Positions 53,015 to 64,000 of a DNA stretch of 64,000 nucleotides are shown here, in pieces. Source of the stretch: Alphaproteobacteria bacterium (GTDB taxonomy: Bacteria; Pseudomonadota; Alphaproteobacteria; UBA7879); NCBI GenBank assembly GCA_965178295.1, contig CBCXTT010000002.1, positions 170,925-234,924 on the forward strand, given 5' to 3'. The stretch's first letter is position 1; each line of letters opens with the position of its first letter. Below the pieces are notes generated by a model that was not told where the DNA came from, ran no database searches, and worked only from the letters and a program-made list of their open reading frames with translations. A program made the position numbers and the translations under genes.

Positions 53015-53836
53015 TCAACGAAACTTTTTCTCAATAATCTGACGTATTTCTTTTTGTATAATGTCATGAACTATTTTCGGCAAGTGTGTTGCAATCCACT
53101 CTTTAAGCATTGGCTGAGCAGCAAGTATCATCATGTCTTCAAGCGTTGCATTGGCTGAGGTTCTTGTATCCGGTGGGTGTAAGATTTGATTGTTTTCCGT
53201 TTCTGATTCAAGCTGATTGAGAGTAGAAAGAGATTGATCTATAGCTTTTGCAACCGTGTGTGAGATGATACTGGAGCGTTGCGCATTACCGTGATTCTCA
53301 TCTTCTAGGGCAGATTGCTCACCTGAAGAATTCATACACTTTGTACCTGAGGTAGAGGGCATCTCACTCGACTCTGCGCTTACCCTGGTTATAGGCGCGT
53401 CTTTCTTGAGCAGCGTAACAAGCTCCTCTAAAGCGGCATCATAATCTTCTGTGCGGCCACCAGCTTCATCATCCCCATCGTCAGCACCTTCTCCTTGTGA
53501 GGATAAAGCGACAATCGACCCATCTTTTTGGATCTCTTGTGTGAGCTCTAAAATGTCATGATTATTATTATCGACATTGGGCATTGCACTCTCTGAGCAT
53601 GTACCCGACATAGAACGAGCAGATGGCGCATCAATAGTATCTGCTGACAAGAGTGTGGTGTCACTTGCAGATGAATGCATATGAATGCTATCTGGTTTCT
53701 GATTGCCCCCTGACCCAGTGGCTTCTTTGTTCACCGCAGCACCAGCGGTTTGCGGATCATTATCGGCTGCCATGATCTGCCGAATGGAGGCTAAAATTGC
53801 TTCCATGGACATGTCTTGCTCGTTTTCAGCGCCCAT
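53015..53836 (-). CDS. popZ: PopZ-like polar organizing protein (DUF2497)
   Basis: N-terminal MEAILASIRQIMAADNDP helix, a long acidic, Ser/Pro-rich low-complexity middle, and a conserved C-terminal LAAQPMLKEWIATHLPKIVHDIIQKEIRQI. Sits at the conserved tolC/valS-adjacent position. Likely start at the MSMEAIL methionines. Confidence 0.7.
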   Translation of the reverse strand: MGAENEQDMSMEAILASIRQIMAADNDPQTAGAAVNKEATGSGGNQKPDSIHMHSSASDTTLLSADTIDAPSARSMSGTCSESAMPNVDNNNHDILELTQEIQKDGSIVALSSQGEGADDGDDEAGGRTEDYDAALEELVTLLKKDAPITRVSAESSEMPSTSGTKCMNSSGEQSALEDENHGNAQRSSIISHTVAKAIDQSLSTLNQLESETENNQILHPPDTRTSANATLEDMMILAAQPMLKEWIATHLPKIVHDIIQKEIRQIIEKKFR

Positions 53837-53848
53837 CTATTCCTGTCC

Positions 53849-55270
53849 TTACAACTCCCTGTATTGATCCACGATCACATCTTTTGATTGATTGAGTACC
53901 TCAAAGGTATCATTAGACGCACCCCAAACGCTTCCAACTGTCGTTGGGTTGTAGGCCGGATCTGTTATACCAAACCTTGATGAAGATAACACCCCCATTT
54001 TTGCAAGCAATTCAAAGCTCGATACAACTTTGGTTGCAGCAGCAACAATCAGCTTGTTTGTGGCATCCAGTCTCTTTTGTCCGGCTGTAATGACATCTAG
54101 ATATGTTTTGCTGCCCAAGCGATATTCGGCTTGAACATTCTTAAACGCCAGATCAGTAGATTTGTGTTGGGCTTCGAACTGGGGAATTTTTGCAACCTGC
54201 TCCTGGTAAGTGTACCACACTTTTAAAATATCTTGGATTGTTGAACGTCGTTTTTGCACTGCCTGAAGCTTAGCCGTAGCGGCATCGTATTTCTTGGCTC
54301 GAACGCCTGCTTGTATCGATCCACGCACATCCAGTGGGATGCTTAGAGTAAGACCTAAAACGCCAGTATTTTGACGTTGAGTTGTATGAGAGCCTGCTCC
54401 AAGCGCGCCTATGGCATCTGTGCCTTGACGACCATAGCTTGCATTAAAATCAACGCTGGGCATCAAACTTGACAACGCATCATCAGCACCCGCTTCAGCA
54501 GCGGTGACGACTGCATCAGCTGTTTTTATATCAAAGTTATGCGTCAGTGTGATACGAACCAATTCCTCTTCTGTGTGCGGGAGGTCGACAGGTTCTTTGG
54601 GGGTTTCCAGATTTTCTGGAGGCATTGCACCAATAATACGAATATACTGTGACTCAGCATTTTTAACTTGCATTTTTCGCTCAATAAGGTGAGCTTTTGC
54701 CCCTTCATATTCTGCGCGAATCGCCTCTACTGATGCAATTGTATCTTCCCCTACATCAAATCGTGACCGGGCAGCATGGAGTTCGGTTTCATAGACTTTC
54801 GCATTTGATTCAGCCGCATTCTTTAGAAGACGTGCCGCGACAAGCTCAACATATGTCTGAACAGCGGCGACCAAAAAGAACATGCGGCTGGACTCTGTGT
54901 TGTACAACGCACGCTCTTTCACGCTTTCGGCCCCCTTAATGCTTGCCAGAGTGGCGCCACCATTGAACAGGTTTTGTGACATTTTTATTATACCGCTATT
55001 TGTACGACTTTGCTGATGTGGCGCTCCACTTGGAGGCACAGATGATTTTGTCGATGTGAATGTTGTGTGTGTTCCAAGCTCCACACTCAAGACTGGAAAC
55101 CACCCTCTCTCTGCCTGTGACAAGCCTTCTTCAGATTTTTTTTGTCCAGATACGGCAATATCAATTTCTATGCTATTTTCATAGGCACGTTTTACAGCTT
55201 CATCTAACGTGAACGCGCTCACAACATTGCACAAAAATAACGCGCCACAGATCACTAAACTATATTTCAT
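53849..55270 (-). CDS. tolC: TolC family outer membrane efflux protein
   Basis: 473 aa with a signal peptide and two OEP repeat halves. Confidence 0.85.
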   Translation of the reverse strand: MKYSLVICGALFLCNVVSAFTLDEAVKRAYENSIEIDIAVSGQKKSEEGLSQAERGWFPVLSVELGTHTTFTSTKSSVPPSGAPHQQSRTNSGIIKMSQNLFNGGATLASIKGAESVKERALYNTESSRMFFLVAAVQTYVELVAARLLKNAAESNAKVYETELHAARSRFDVGEDTIASVEAIRAEYEGAKAHLIERKMQVKNAESQYIRIIGAMPPENLETPKEPVDLPHTEEELVRITLTHNFDIKTADAVVTAAEAGADDALSSLMPSVDFNASYGRQGTDAIGALGAGSHTTQRQNTGVLGLTLSIPLDVRGSIQAGVRAKKYDAATAKLQAVQKRRSTIQDILKVWYTYQEQVAKIPQFEAQHKSTDLAFKNVQAEYRLGSKTYLDVITAGQKRLDATNKLIVAAATKVVSSFELLAKMGVLSSSRFGITDPAYNPTTVGSVWGASNDTFEVLNQSKDVIVDQYREL

Positions 55271-55411
55271 GCACTTCTCCCCTCACTCTCTTTACATTAA
55301 TGCAACACATAATCATTCTAGAGCGCTATTACAAAAGAATCAATCGTTGCTAACGCACAATATATGCTTCAATAATCACGTTGATTGAAAAAGTAGTGCA
55401 ATATCCACTCT

Positions 55412-55753
55412 TTAGTAAGTGGGAATTGATGGATCAATTTCTAGAGCATAAGCGTTAATACCCCCTTTTAGGCTGTGTGCGCAATAGCGATTTTCCCGAA
55501 GCAGCTGAGCAATTCTTAGACTGCGAACGCCATGATGGCAGTAAACAATCACTTCTTTATCTCTCGGCAGCATGTGCATTTTCTCGTGAATTTCTCTCAG
55601 GGGTATATGAATGGCACCGGGTAGAGCCGCTAACGCCACCTCCCAAGGCTCACGCACATCAAGAATACAGTGATTATCTGAATGATTGATTAACGCTGCA
55701 CATTCAGCAGCCGATACTTGGAATGCTTTATTATCACTCATTACTTTTCTCAC
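55412..55753 (-). CDS. rhodanese-like domain protein (single-domain sulfurtransferase)
   Basis: 113 aa. Active-site CHHGVRS loop. Confidence 0.8.
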   Translation of the reverse strand: MRKVMSDNKAFQVSAAECAALINHSDNHCILDVREPWEVALAALPGAIHIPLREIHEKMHMLPRDKEVIVYCHHGVRSLRIAQLLRENRYCAHSLKGGINAYALEIDPSIPTY

Positions 55754-55847
55754 CTCAATTCTCCCCCTTCATTTTACTACAATATTGTTTTAACAAAAAC
55801 TTAAAACTTGACCGTGAGGGGCGGATAGTATTTAAGAATAAGAGGAT

Positions 55848-55921
55848 GGCCGGGTGGCAGAGCGGTTATGCAGAGGACTGCAACTCCTTGTACGTCGGTT
55901 CGATTCCGGTCCCGGCCTCCA
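55848..55921 (+). tRNA. tRNA-Cys (anticodon GCA)
   Basis: GGCCGGGTGGCAGAGCGGTTATGCAGAGGACTGCAACTCCTTGTACGTCGGTTCGATTCCGGTCCCGGCCTCCA folds as follows. 7-bp acceptor stem GGCCGGG/CCCGGCC. Anticodon loop CTGCAAC with U33 and GCA at 34-36. T-loop TTCGATT. Encoded CCA. Architecture matches E. coli tRNA-Cys nearly position for position. Confidence 0.9.
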
Positions 55922-56377
55922 AAAATATTTGGAGCATATTTTTCTATTGTGCTCCATATCCCAGTTGTTATCGTTATTCTCTTCATAGCCTGGCATCACG
56001 TGCATTCAGAACGATCATCATTTGCGCAACGATTAACGTCCAGAAACAATTGTATAATGACATTGTATATTGTGTTCGGTCGACAATTCCAAGCGCATCA
56101 GCCTATCGTTGACAACAGGAACAGTGTCTTCAAAATAAGTATTTGGACTTTCTGAATTACTCGTAAAATTGTGTTTGGTGATAGACTCAGGGGATCTGTA
56201 CTGTAAAATCTATGATGTCCTTTAGGGGCCGCGATATTTATTTTGTGTGGCGCCACCTCTTCACCCGCCCATAAAACGTGGTTGTTGCAAGGATCTGGAG
56301 ACATGTCATGCTGCACGGCAAGCAAATGCGGAGTATATCGGGAGAGTATCTATGGTAAGCAACCCCTTTTTTTGTTG

Positions 56378-57313
56378 TTACATACGATTTTTAAAAGAGA
56401 GCGCATAATCATATAGGTCTTTCTTACGCATTGCTGTCAAAGGTAGGAGCGCAGCAACACATTGTTTTATAGGCGTGTGTGGAAGCAGTAAAGAGAATAT
56501 TGCGTCTAAATTTTTTTCTGTTAAATTTTTTGCTGTATGTCTGTGTTCTTGTGGTGGCCCAATAACAAGGACACATTCTCCCTTCTGCGTTAGAGTATTA
56601 TGATCAAAATCTTTTAAGCTTGTCCGGTGTATTGCTTCAAACTTTTTTGTAAGTTCTCGGGCGATTGCAAGAGGGCGATTGCCTAAAATAGCGTATGCGT
56701 CTTCTATAACGTCCGGTAAGCGATGATGTGTTTCATACAAAATTAGAGCGCCTGGTATGTGACGCAACGCATCAAAAATTTTCTGTCGCACACCAGATTT
56801 TTTAGGTAAAAATCCTGAGAAATAAAAACTATTAGCTTCGATTCCTGACAGTATATACGCTGTAATGCATGCACTAGAACCTGGTATAGCTGTTACAGGT
56901 ATGTGATGAGCGTAGCACTCTTGAACTAATTTCCCCCCCGGATCAGAAATGAGAGGGGTACCTGCATCACTTACAAGCGCAATTTTCCTCCCGTCCTGTA
57001 AGCGCTCTAAAATTTTTGGTCGTACCTTTTGTGCATTATGGTCATGATAAGATGTGCGCTTGGTTTGCAAACCATATGCTGTAGAAAGTTTGGCCGTTTC
57101 GCGGGTGTCTTCACACAATAATTCATCCACGTTATGCAAAACATGTAGGGCGCGCAAACTTATGTCTGCCAAATTCCCAATGGGGGTTGCCACGAGATAG
57201 AGCCCTGGTGTTATATGAGTCTTGTGACAAAACGATATTTGATCGAGGAGGTCTAATGAAAGTTTTTTGTTCCCGGAAGGCATGGATGGTTCTCCTGGTA
57301 GCATGGTGTGCAA
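56378..57313 (-). CDS. rsmI: 16S rRNA (cytidine1402-2'-O)-methyltransferase
   Basis: LYLVATPIGNLADISLRALHVL N-terminus and the tetrapyrrole-methylase fold characteristic of RsmI. Confidence 0.9.
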   Translation of the reverse strand: MHTMLPGEPSMPSGNKKLSLDLLDQISFCHKTHITPGLYLVATPIGNLADISLRALHVLHNVDELLCEDTRETAKLSTAYGLQTKRTSYHDHNAQKVRPKILERLQDGRKIALVSDAGTPLISDPGGKLVQECYAHHIPVTAIPGSSACITAYILSGIEANSFYFSGFLPKKSGVRQKIFDALRHIPGALILYETHHRLPDVIEDAYAILGNRPLAIARELTKKFEAIHRTSLKDFDHNTLTQKGECVLVIGPPQEHRHTAKNLTEKNLDAIFSLLLPHTPIKQCVAALLPLTAMRKKDLYDYALSFKNRM

Positions 57314-58362
57314 CGACCGCTCTTTCCATACCTAGGGCAAGTGCTGAGAAAACTCAAGGGATTTTTAGTCATTCTACGCCCTTGCGTGTAGGCGTTTTAC
57401 TCCCCTTGAGTGGGCCGTACAAGAAGACAGGCGAGTCTCTTCTGAATGCAATCATACTCAGTGTTTTTGACAATCAGGCAGACAATATTGAACTGTTTAT
57501 CGAAGATACAAAAGGGGATGCCGAGGAAGCCATTATGGGATTGCGCCAACTTCTAGAATATGGAGCAGAAGTTGTGCTTGGGCCCATATTTACGACTGAA
57601 ATAAAAAATCTAAGGTATTATGCATGCCCTGTTCCTATTTTATCATTTTCTAACAATACAGATTTTATGCGAGAGCATTTTTACACTCTTGGTTACAGCC
57701 CCGCACAACAAGCAATTCAGCTTCTAAACTATGTGCACAAAACACACCCGGGTGAAACAGCGCTTATTTTGTCACCGAGTGATTTTGGGGAATACATCAC
57801 AAAGCTTGTTGTAGAACAAAATTGGCCTATTGCGCTCTATACATATTCTAAAGATCATAAGGCGCAGCAAAGTATTTTTCAAAAAATAAAAAATAAAAAA
57901 TATGAGAATGTTTGGGTCCCAGAAGGTGGTGTGGTAGGCATTTCTATCGTTGGGCAAATGCGTTTCTCTCTTCCTGATGTAGATTTTCAGCTTTTAGGAT
58001 CGGACGCATGGGAGGATTCCATGATTATCAAGGATCCGAGTTACAAGGGTGGGTGGTATGCGGGCCCGCATTCAAAGCATCGCCAAACCTTTATGCAAAA
58101 TTACCAAAAACAATATGGGACTCCCCCATCTCGTTTGTCGTCCATAGCTTACGATGCTTTATCACTTATCATTGCGCTGAGTGCGCAAGGTGATTTTGAC
58201 AGTAGAAAGCTTGTTATTCCCGGGGGTTTTAAGGGCATGGATGGGTTTTTTAGGCTGATGCCAAACGGTAGCGTTGAGCGATCATTTTCTATTCTAGAAA
58301 TGCGTGGCGGGGGAAAAATAAAAGTGCTTCAGCCCTCCAACCTATGGCATTTGACATCCTGA
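57256..58362 (+). CDS. LpoA/LppC (YraM)-like periplasmic-binding-fold protein, divergent from rsmI
   Basis: Signal peptide (MKVFCSRKAWMVLLVAWCATTALSIPRASA) and a type I periplasmic-binding-protein fold. rsmI/yraM-like divergent arrangement. Strong SD GAGGAGG before the ATG at 57256. The track ORF starts at 57187. Confidence 0.65.
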   Translation: MKVFCSRKAWMVLLVAWCATTALSIPRASAEKTQGIFSHSTPLRVGVLLPLSGPYKKTGESLLNAIILSVFDNQADNIELFIEDTKGDAEEAIMGLRQLLEYGAEVVLGPIFTTEIKNLRYYACPVPILSFSNNTDFMREHFYTLGYSPAQQAIQLLNYVHKTHPGETALILSPSDFGEYITKLVVEQNWPIALYTYSKDHKAQQSIFQKIKNKKYENVWVPEGGVVGISIVGQMRFSLPDVDFQLLGSDAWEDSMIIKDPSYKGGWYAGPHSKHRQTFMQNYQKQYGTPPSRLSSIAYDALSLIIALSAQGDFDSRKLVIPGGFKGMDGFFRLMPNGSVERSFSILEMRGGGKIKVLQPSNLWHLTS

Positions 58363-58459
58363 TGCTACAGATGAACGGAGGGGGTATTGATACCACATAA
58401 TATCAAAGAAATAGATTCGCTGAATCCTAATATGATTTAGAGTCAATTTTTTTAGATGT

Positions 58460-59158
58460 TTACATTACTTTAATCAAAGATTTGATGCCATAGATGGAAA
58501 GAGCTATTGCAGAGGCAACATTTATAAGGGAAACAATAGAAACAATACCAGTAGTCCGGCTTTCGTTCCAGATGACATGGGCAAAGTGTTTAGCGATGCC
58601 GTGTTTAGGAAGAGATATGTTCGGCGTAAGACGATATAGTCTTGTAATGACGCTTGAAAGAATGACCCACCAAGTTGTTGCGCCAAGCCCAACACCTAAG
58701 GCTAAATCTCGTAAATCAACATATGTTAACGACTGATTAAAAACATTATAGCTTTTAAACATAGAAATAAAAAGTATTGTAGTCATGGGGCTTAAAAAGC
58801 TTAAAATGAGAACATTTAGAAATGAGGACCATAAATCTGTTGATCCTGCTTCAACAGAAGAATCTGGGCCAGAGATTTTATAAATTTTAAACGCAAGATA
58901 GAGCAGGAAAAAGCAGGCACACAAATTGATCCAATCATCGTATGCCTGGACAAATTTATAGATGGTTGTCGCAAACAATCCTGTACCAATAGTGTAGAGT
59001 ATATCAGCTATTGACGCGCCCAAGCCTGTTGTAACGCCCCCCCAAAAACCGTGAGTAATACTTTGTCGTATACATAAAATTCCAACAGGTCCAATGGGCG
59101 CTGCCACAGAAAACCCTACTAAAAAACCCTTCACAAAAATTATAGATGTGTCGTCCAT
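58460..59158 (-). CDS. LysE/RhtB family amino-acid exporter
   Basis: 232 aa, 6 TM segments, LysE-type translocator pattern. Confidence 0.8.
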   Translation of the reverse strand: MDDTSIIFVKGFLVGFSVAAPIGPVGILCIRQSITHGFWGGVTTGLGASIADILYTIGTGLFATTIYKFVQAYDDWINLCACFFLLYLAFKIYKISGPDSSVEAGSTDLWSSFLNVLILSFLSPMTTILFISMFKSYNVFNQSLTYVDLRDLALGVGLGATTWWVILSSVITRLYRLTPNISLPKHGIAKHFAHVIWNESRTTGIVSIVSLINVASAIALSIYGIKSLIKVM

Positions 59159-59279
59159 AAATGTTATATAACATTTTATTTGATTATAGTGTCAAAAAAT
59201 ATAGTGTATAGGAAATACCCTGCGGATCTATTGCCTGAGCAGTAAAAAGCATGGTAGAAAAGCAGGTGGGTGGAGTATA

Positions 59280-59867
59280 ATGAAAAAAGCCAAAATGAAA
59301 AGCACCACGAAAGAGAGCGCGATTATCGCGATGATTGCTGAAAGCTTAAGCCGGCAAGTGTTTACATCCCATGATGCCAGTCGGATAGCAGTCCAGCTTG
59401 ATGTTTGGTGTTCTTTATTCTGTATCTGCGATGCATTCGTCGATATTTTTAATAACCCACTCATTGAAGAAAATGAGAAATCTGTTGTAGCGGCATCCTT
59501 TTTGCCTGATGATGATCTATCGTTTTTCAGAGCACTCTTGAATGCGCTTTCAGATATGGGTCAGATGAATGTATTGCCTGCATTAGCTTGGGATCTGCGA
59601 GCATTGATTGCAAAGAAACAGGGGCATCTTACAGCATCTGTAACGACTATGATTGCTTTGGATGCAGTACAAAAAAAAGGCTTCTCGGAAGTACTGAAAC
59701 AGCACTTTGGGGGACAAGTAGAGATTGAAAATAATATATCTCAAAAAGTGTTGGGGGGCTTTGTGTTGAGAATGGGAAATTATATTTTTGATGCCTCTTT
59801 ACGACACGATTTTTATGTGCTTGAGCGACAAATGAAAGGCCTAGACCATGGCGTTAACAGCAGCTGA
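59280..59867 (+). CDS. atpH: F0F1 ATP synthase subunit delta
   Basis: 195 aa. C-terminal ...[18 protein letters not shown] is typical of OSCP/delta. First gene of atpHAGDC. Confidence 0.8.
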   Translation: MKKAKMKSTTKESAIIAMIAESLSRQVFTSHDASRIAVQLDVWCSLFCICDAFVDIFNNPLIEENEKSVVAASFLPDDDLSFFRALLNALSDMGQMNVLPALAWDLRALIAKKQGHLTASVTTMIALDAVQKKGFSEVLKQHFGGQVEIENNISQKVLGGFVLRMGNYIFDASLRHDFYVLERQMKGLDHGVNSS

Positions 59868-61388
59868 AATCACAACGATTTTAGAGAAAAGGATTCAAGA
59901 CTATCATCGCAAAACTAATCTTGAGCAAGCGGGTCAAGTGGTGAGTATAGGTGATGGAATTGCCAGAATTTATGGCCTTGATGAGGTACGCGCAGGTGAA
60001 ATGATCTCATTCGAAAATGGAACAAAGGGCATGGCACTTAACCTGGATGAGGATAGTGTGGGAGTTGTTATTTTTGGCGAGAGCCATGAAGTTGCAGAAG
60101 GAGATACAGTGTACCCCACGGGTCATATGGTTCAGGTTCCGGTAGGGCCCGAACTTTTGGGACGCGTTGTGGATCCGCTCGGAACTCCTATTGATGGCAA
60201 AGGATGTATAAAAACAAAAAATATGGGTGATGTGGAGACAAGCGCACCCAGCATTATTGCGAGACAATCTGTTTATGAGCCTATGCAAACAGGGATTAAG
60301 GCCATTGACTGCTTGGTGCCCATTGGACGCGGTCAACGTGAACTTATTATTGGTGATAGACAAACAGGGAAAACCGCTGTTGCTTTGGATGCCATTTTAA
60401 ACCAAAAGAAGGCATTTGATTCAAACAATGACGGCCAAAAACTGTATTGTATTTATGTAGCCATTGGTCAAAAAAACTCGACGGTTGCACAGATTGTTCG
60501 CACTCTAGAGGAGAGGGGCGCACTGGAATATACTATCGTTGTATCTGCCACCGCAGCCGATGCTGCGTCCTTCCAATTTTTAGCGCCCTATACAGGGTGT
60601 GTAATGGGTGAATATTTTCGCGATAATGGGATGCATGCCCTTGTTGTGTATGATGATTTGTCAAAACAAGCTGTTGCGTATCGTCAGATGTCTCTTTTGT
60701 TGCGTCGCCCACCGGGGCGCGAAGCCTATCCAGGAGACGTGTTTTATTTGCATTCTCGTTTGCTAGAGCGTGCAGCAAAATTGAGCGATGCAGAAGGGGG
60801 TGGATCTTTGACGGCTTTACCGATTATTGAAACACAGTCGGGCGATGTATCTGCTTATATTCCAACCAATGTCATCTCTATTACAGATGGGCAAATATTT
60901 TTGGAAACCGACTTGTTTTATAAAGGTCAACGCCCCGCAGTAAATGTTGGGCTTTCTGTAAGTCGTGTGGGATCGGCAGCGCAAGTAAAGGCAATGAAGC
61001 AAGTATCGGGTAGCATCAAGCTTGAGCTTGCTCAATACCGTGAAATGGCAGCGTTTTCTCAGTTTTCCTCGGATCTTGATGACGCAACAAAACAGTTACT
61101 TGATCGGGGAGAACGCTTGTGTGAATTGCTCAAACAGCCCCAATACAGCCCTCTATCCGTCCCAGAGCAAGTATTAGTTATTTTTGCAGGTGTGCGAGGC
61201 TATTTAGATGAAATTGATGTAAAAGATGTACAGATTTTTTGTGCAGGACTTGTTATTTTCGCGCGGTCGGATGGCGTGAATGTTCTAGGTGCGCTTCAGG
61301 AGGAAGCAATACTCACAGAGCGCCTTGAGCAAAAAATTGGAAGACTTATCGAAAAATTCAAAAACGTTCTGCGCAAACAGAGGCAGAC

Positions 61389-61401
<13 letters not shown>
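59848..61401 (+). CDS. atpA: F0F1 ATP synthase subunit alpha
   Basis: 517 aa. Walker [10 protein letters not shown] and highly conserved alpha-subunit sequence. Confidence 0.97.

Positions 61402-64000
<2,599 letters not shown>

Noticed and set aside
55931-55955. Hairpin GGAGCA-N13-TGCTCC just after the tRNA as a terminator
   Set aside because: The 13-nt loop is large and no T-run follows, so it is too weak to call.
55801-55986. 61-aa - strand ORF
   Set aside because: It overlaps the tRNA-Cys gene antisense, so it is spurious.

Overview
This 64-kb window looks like a gene-dense chromosomal segment from an alphaproteobacterium at roughly 45% GC (judged by eye from sampled lines). I place it in the Hyphomicrobiales/Rhizobiales-like group from three conserved neighbourhoods: sucA-sucB-lpdA, a tsaE-amgK-murU-addB-addA operon, and rhodanese-tolC-popZ-valS; the atpHAGDC F1 operon standing apart from the F0 genes also fits an alphaproteobacterium. 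Almost everything is housekeeping. Identifiable genes are xseA (partial), smpB, the 2-oxoglutarate dehydrogenase genes, typA, hemB, the AddAB recombinase, peptidoglycan-recycling genes (ampG, amgK, murU, slt), glyQS, gltX, valS, ctaE/SURF1, a Zn/Mn ABC transporter, tRNA-Cys, rsmI and the F1 ATPase operon. I see no transposase, integrase, phage or CRISPR signatures. Five things stand out. (1) A GluR0-type ionotropic-glutamate-receptor-like channel at 32387..33505. (2) Six frameshifts tightly clustered across fpr, ispB and glyS at 23.8-27.1 kb, plus one in lpdA, while about 20 kb of long genes elsewhere are intact. (3) A 3.4-kb ORF-poor, AT-richer block (41.1-44.4 kb) carrying an 18-bp coding tandem repeat and mini-ORFs. 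(4) A 1.75-kb ORF-free divergent intergenic region (12.8-14.5 kb). (5) Palindromic candidate operators, including one directly upstream of the metal transporter operon. Where the ORF track uses alternative start codons, the coordinates are the track ORF and the likely true start is given in the evidence.
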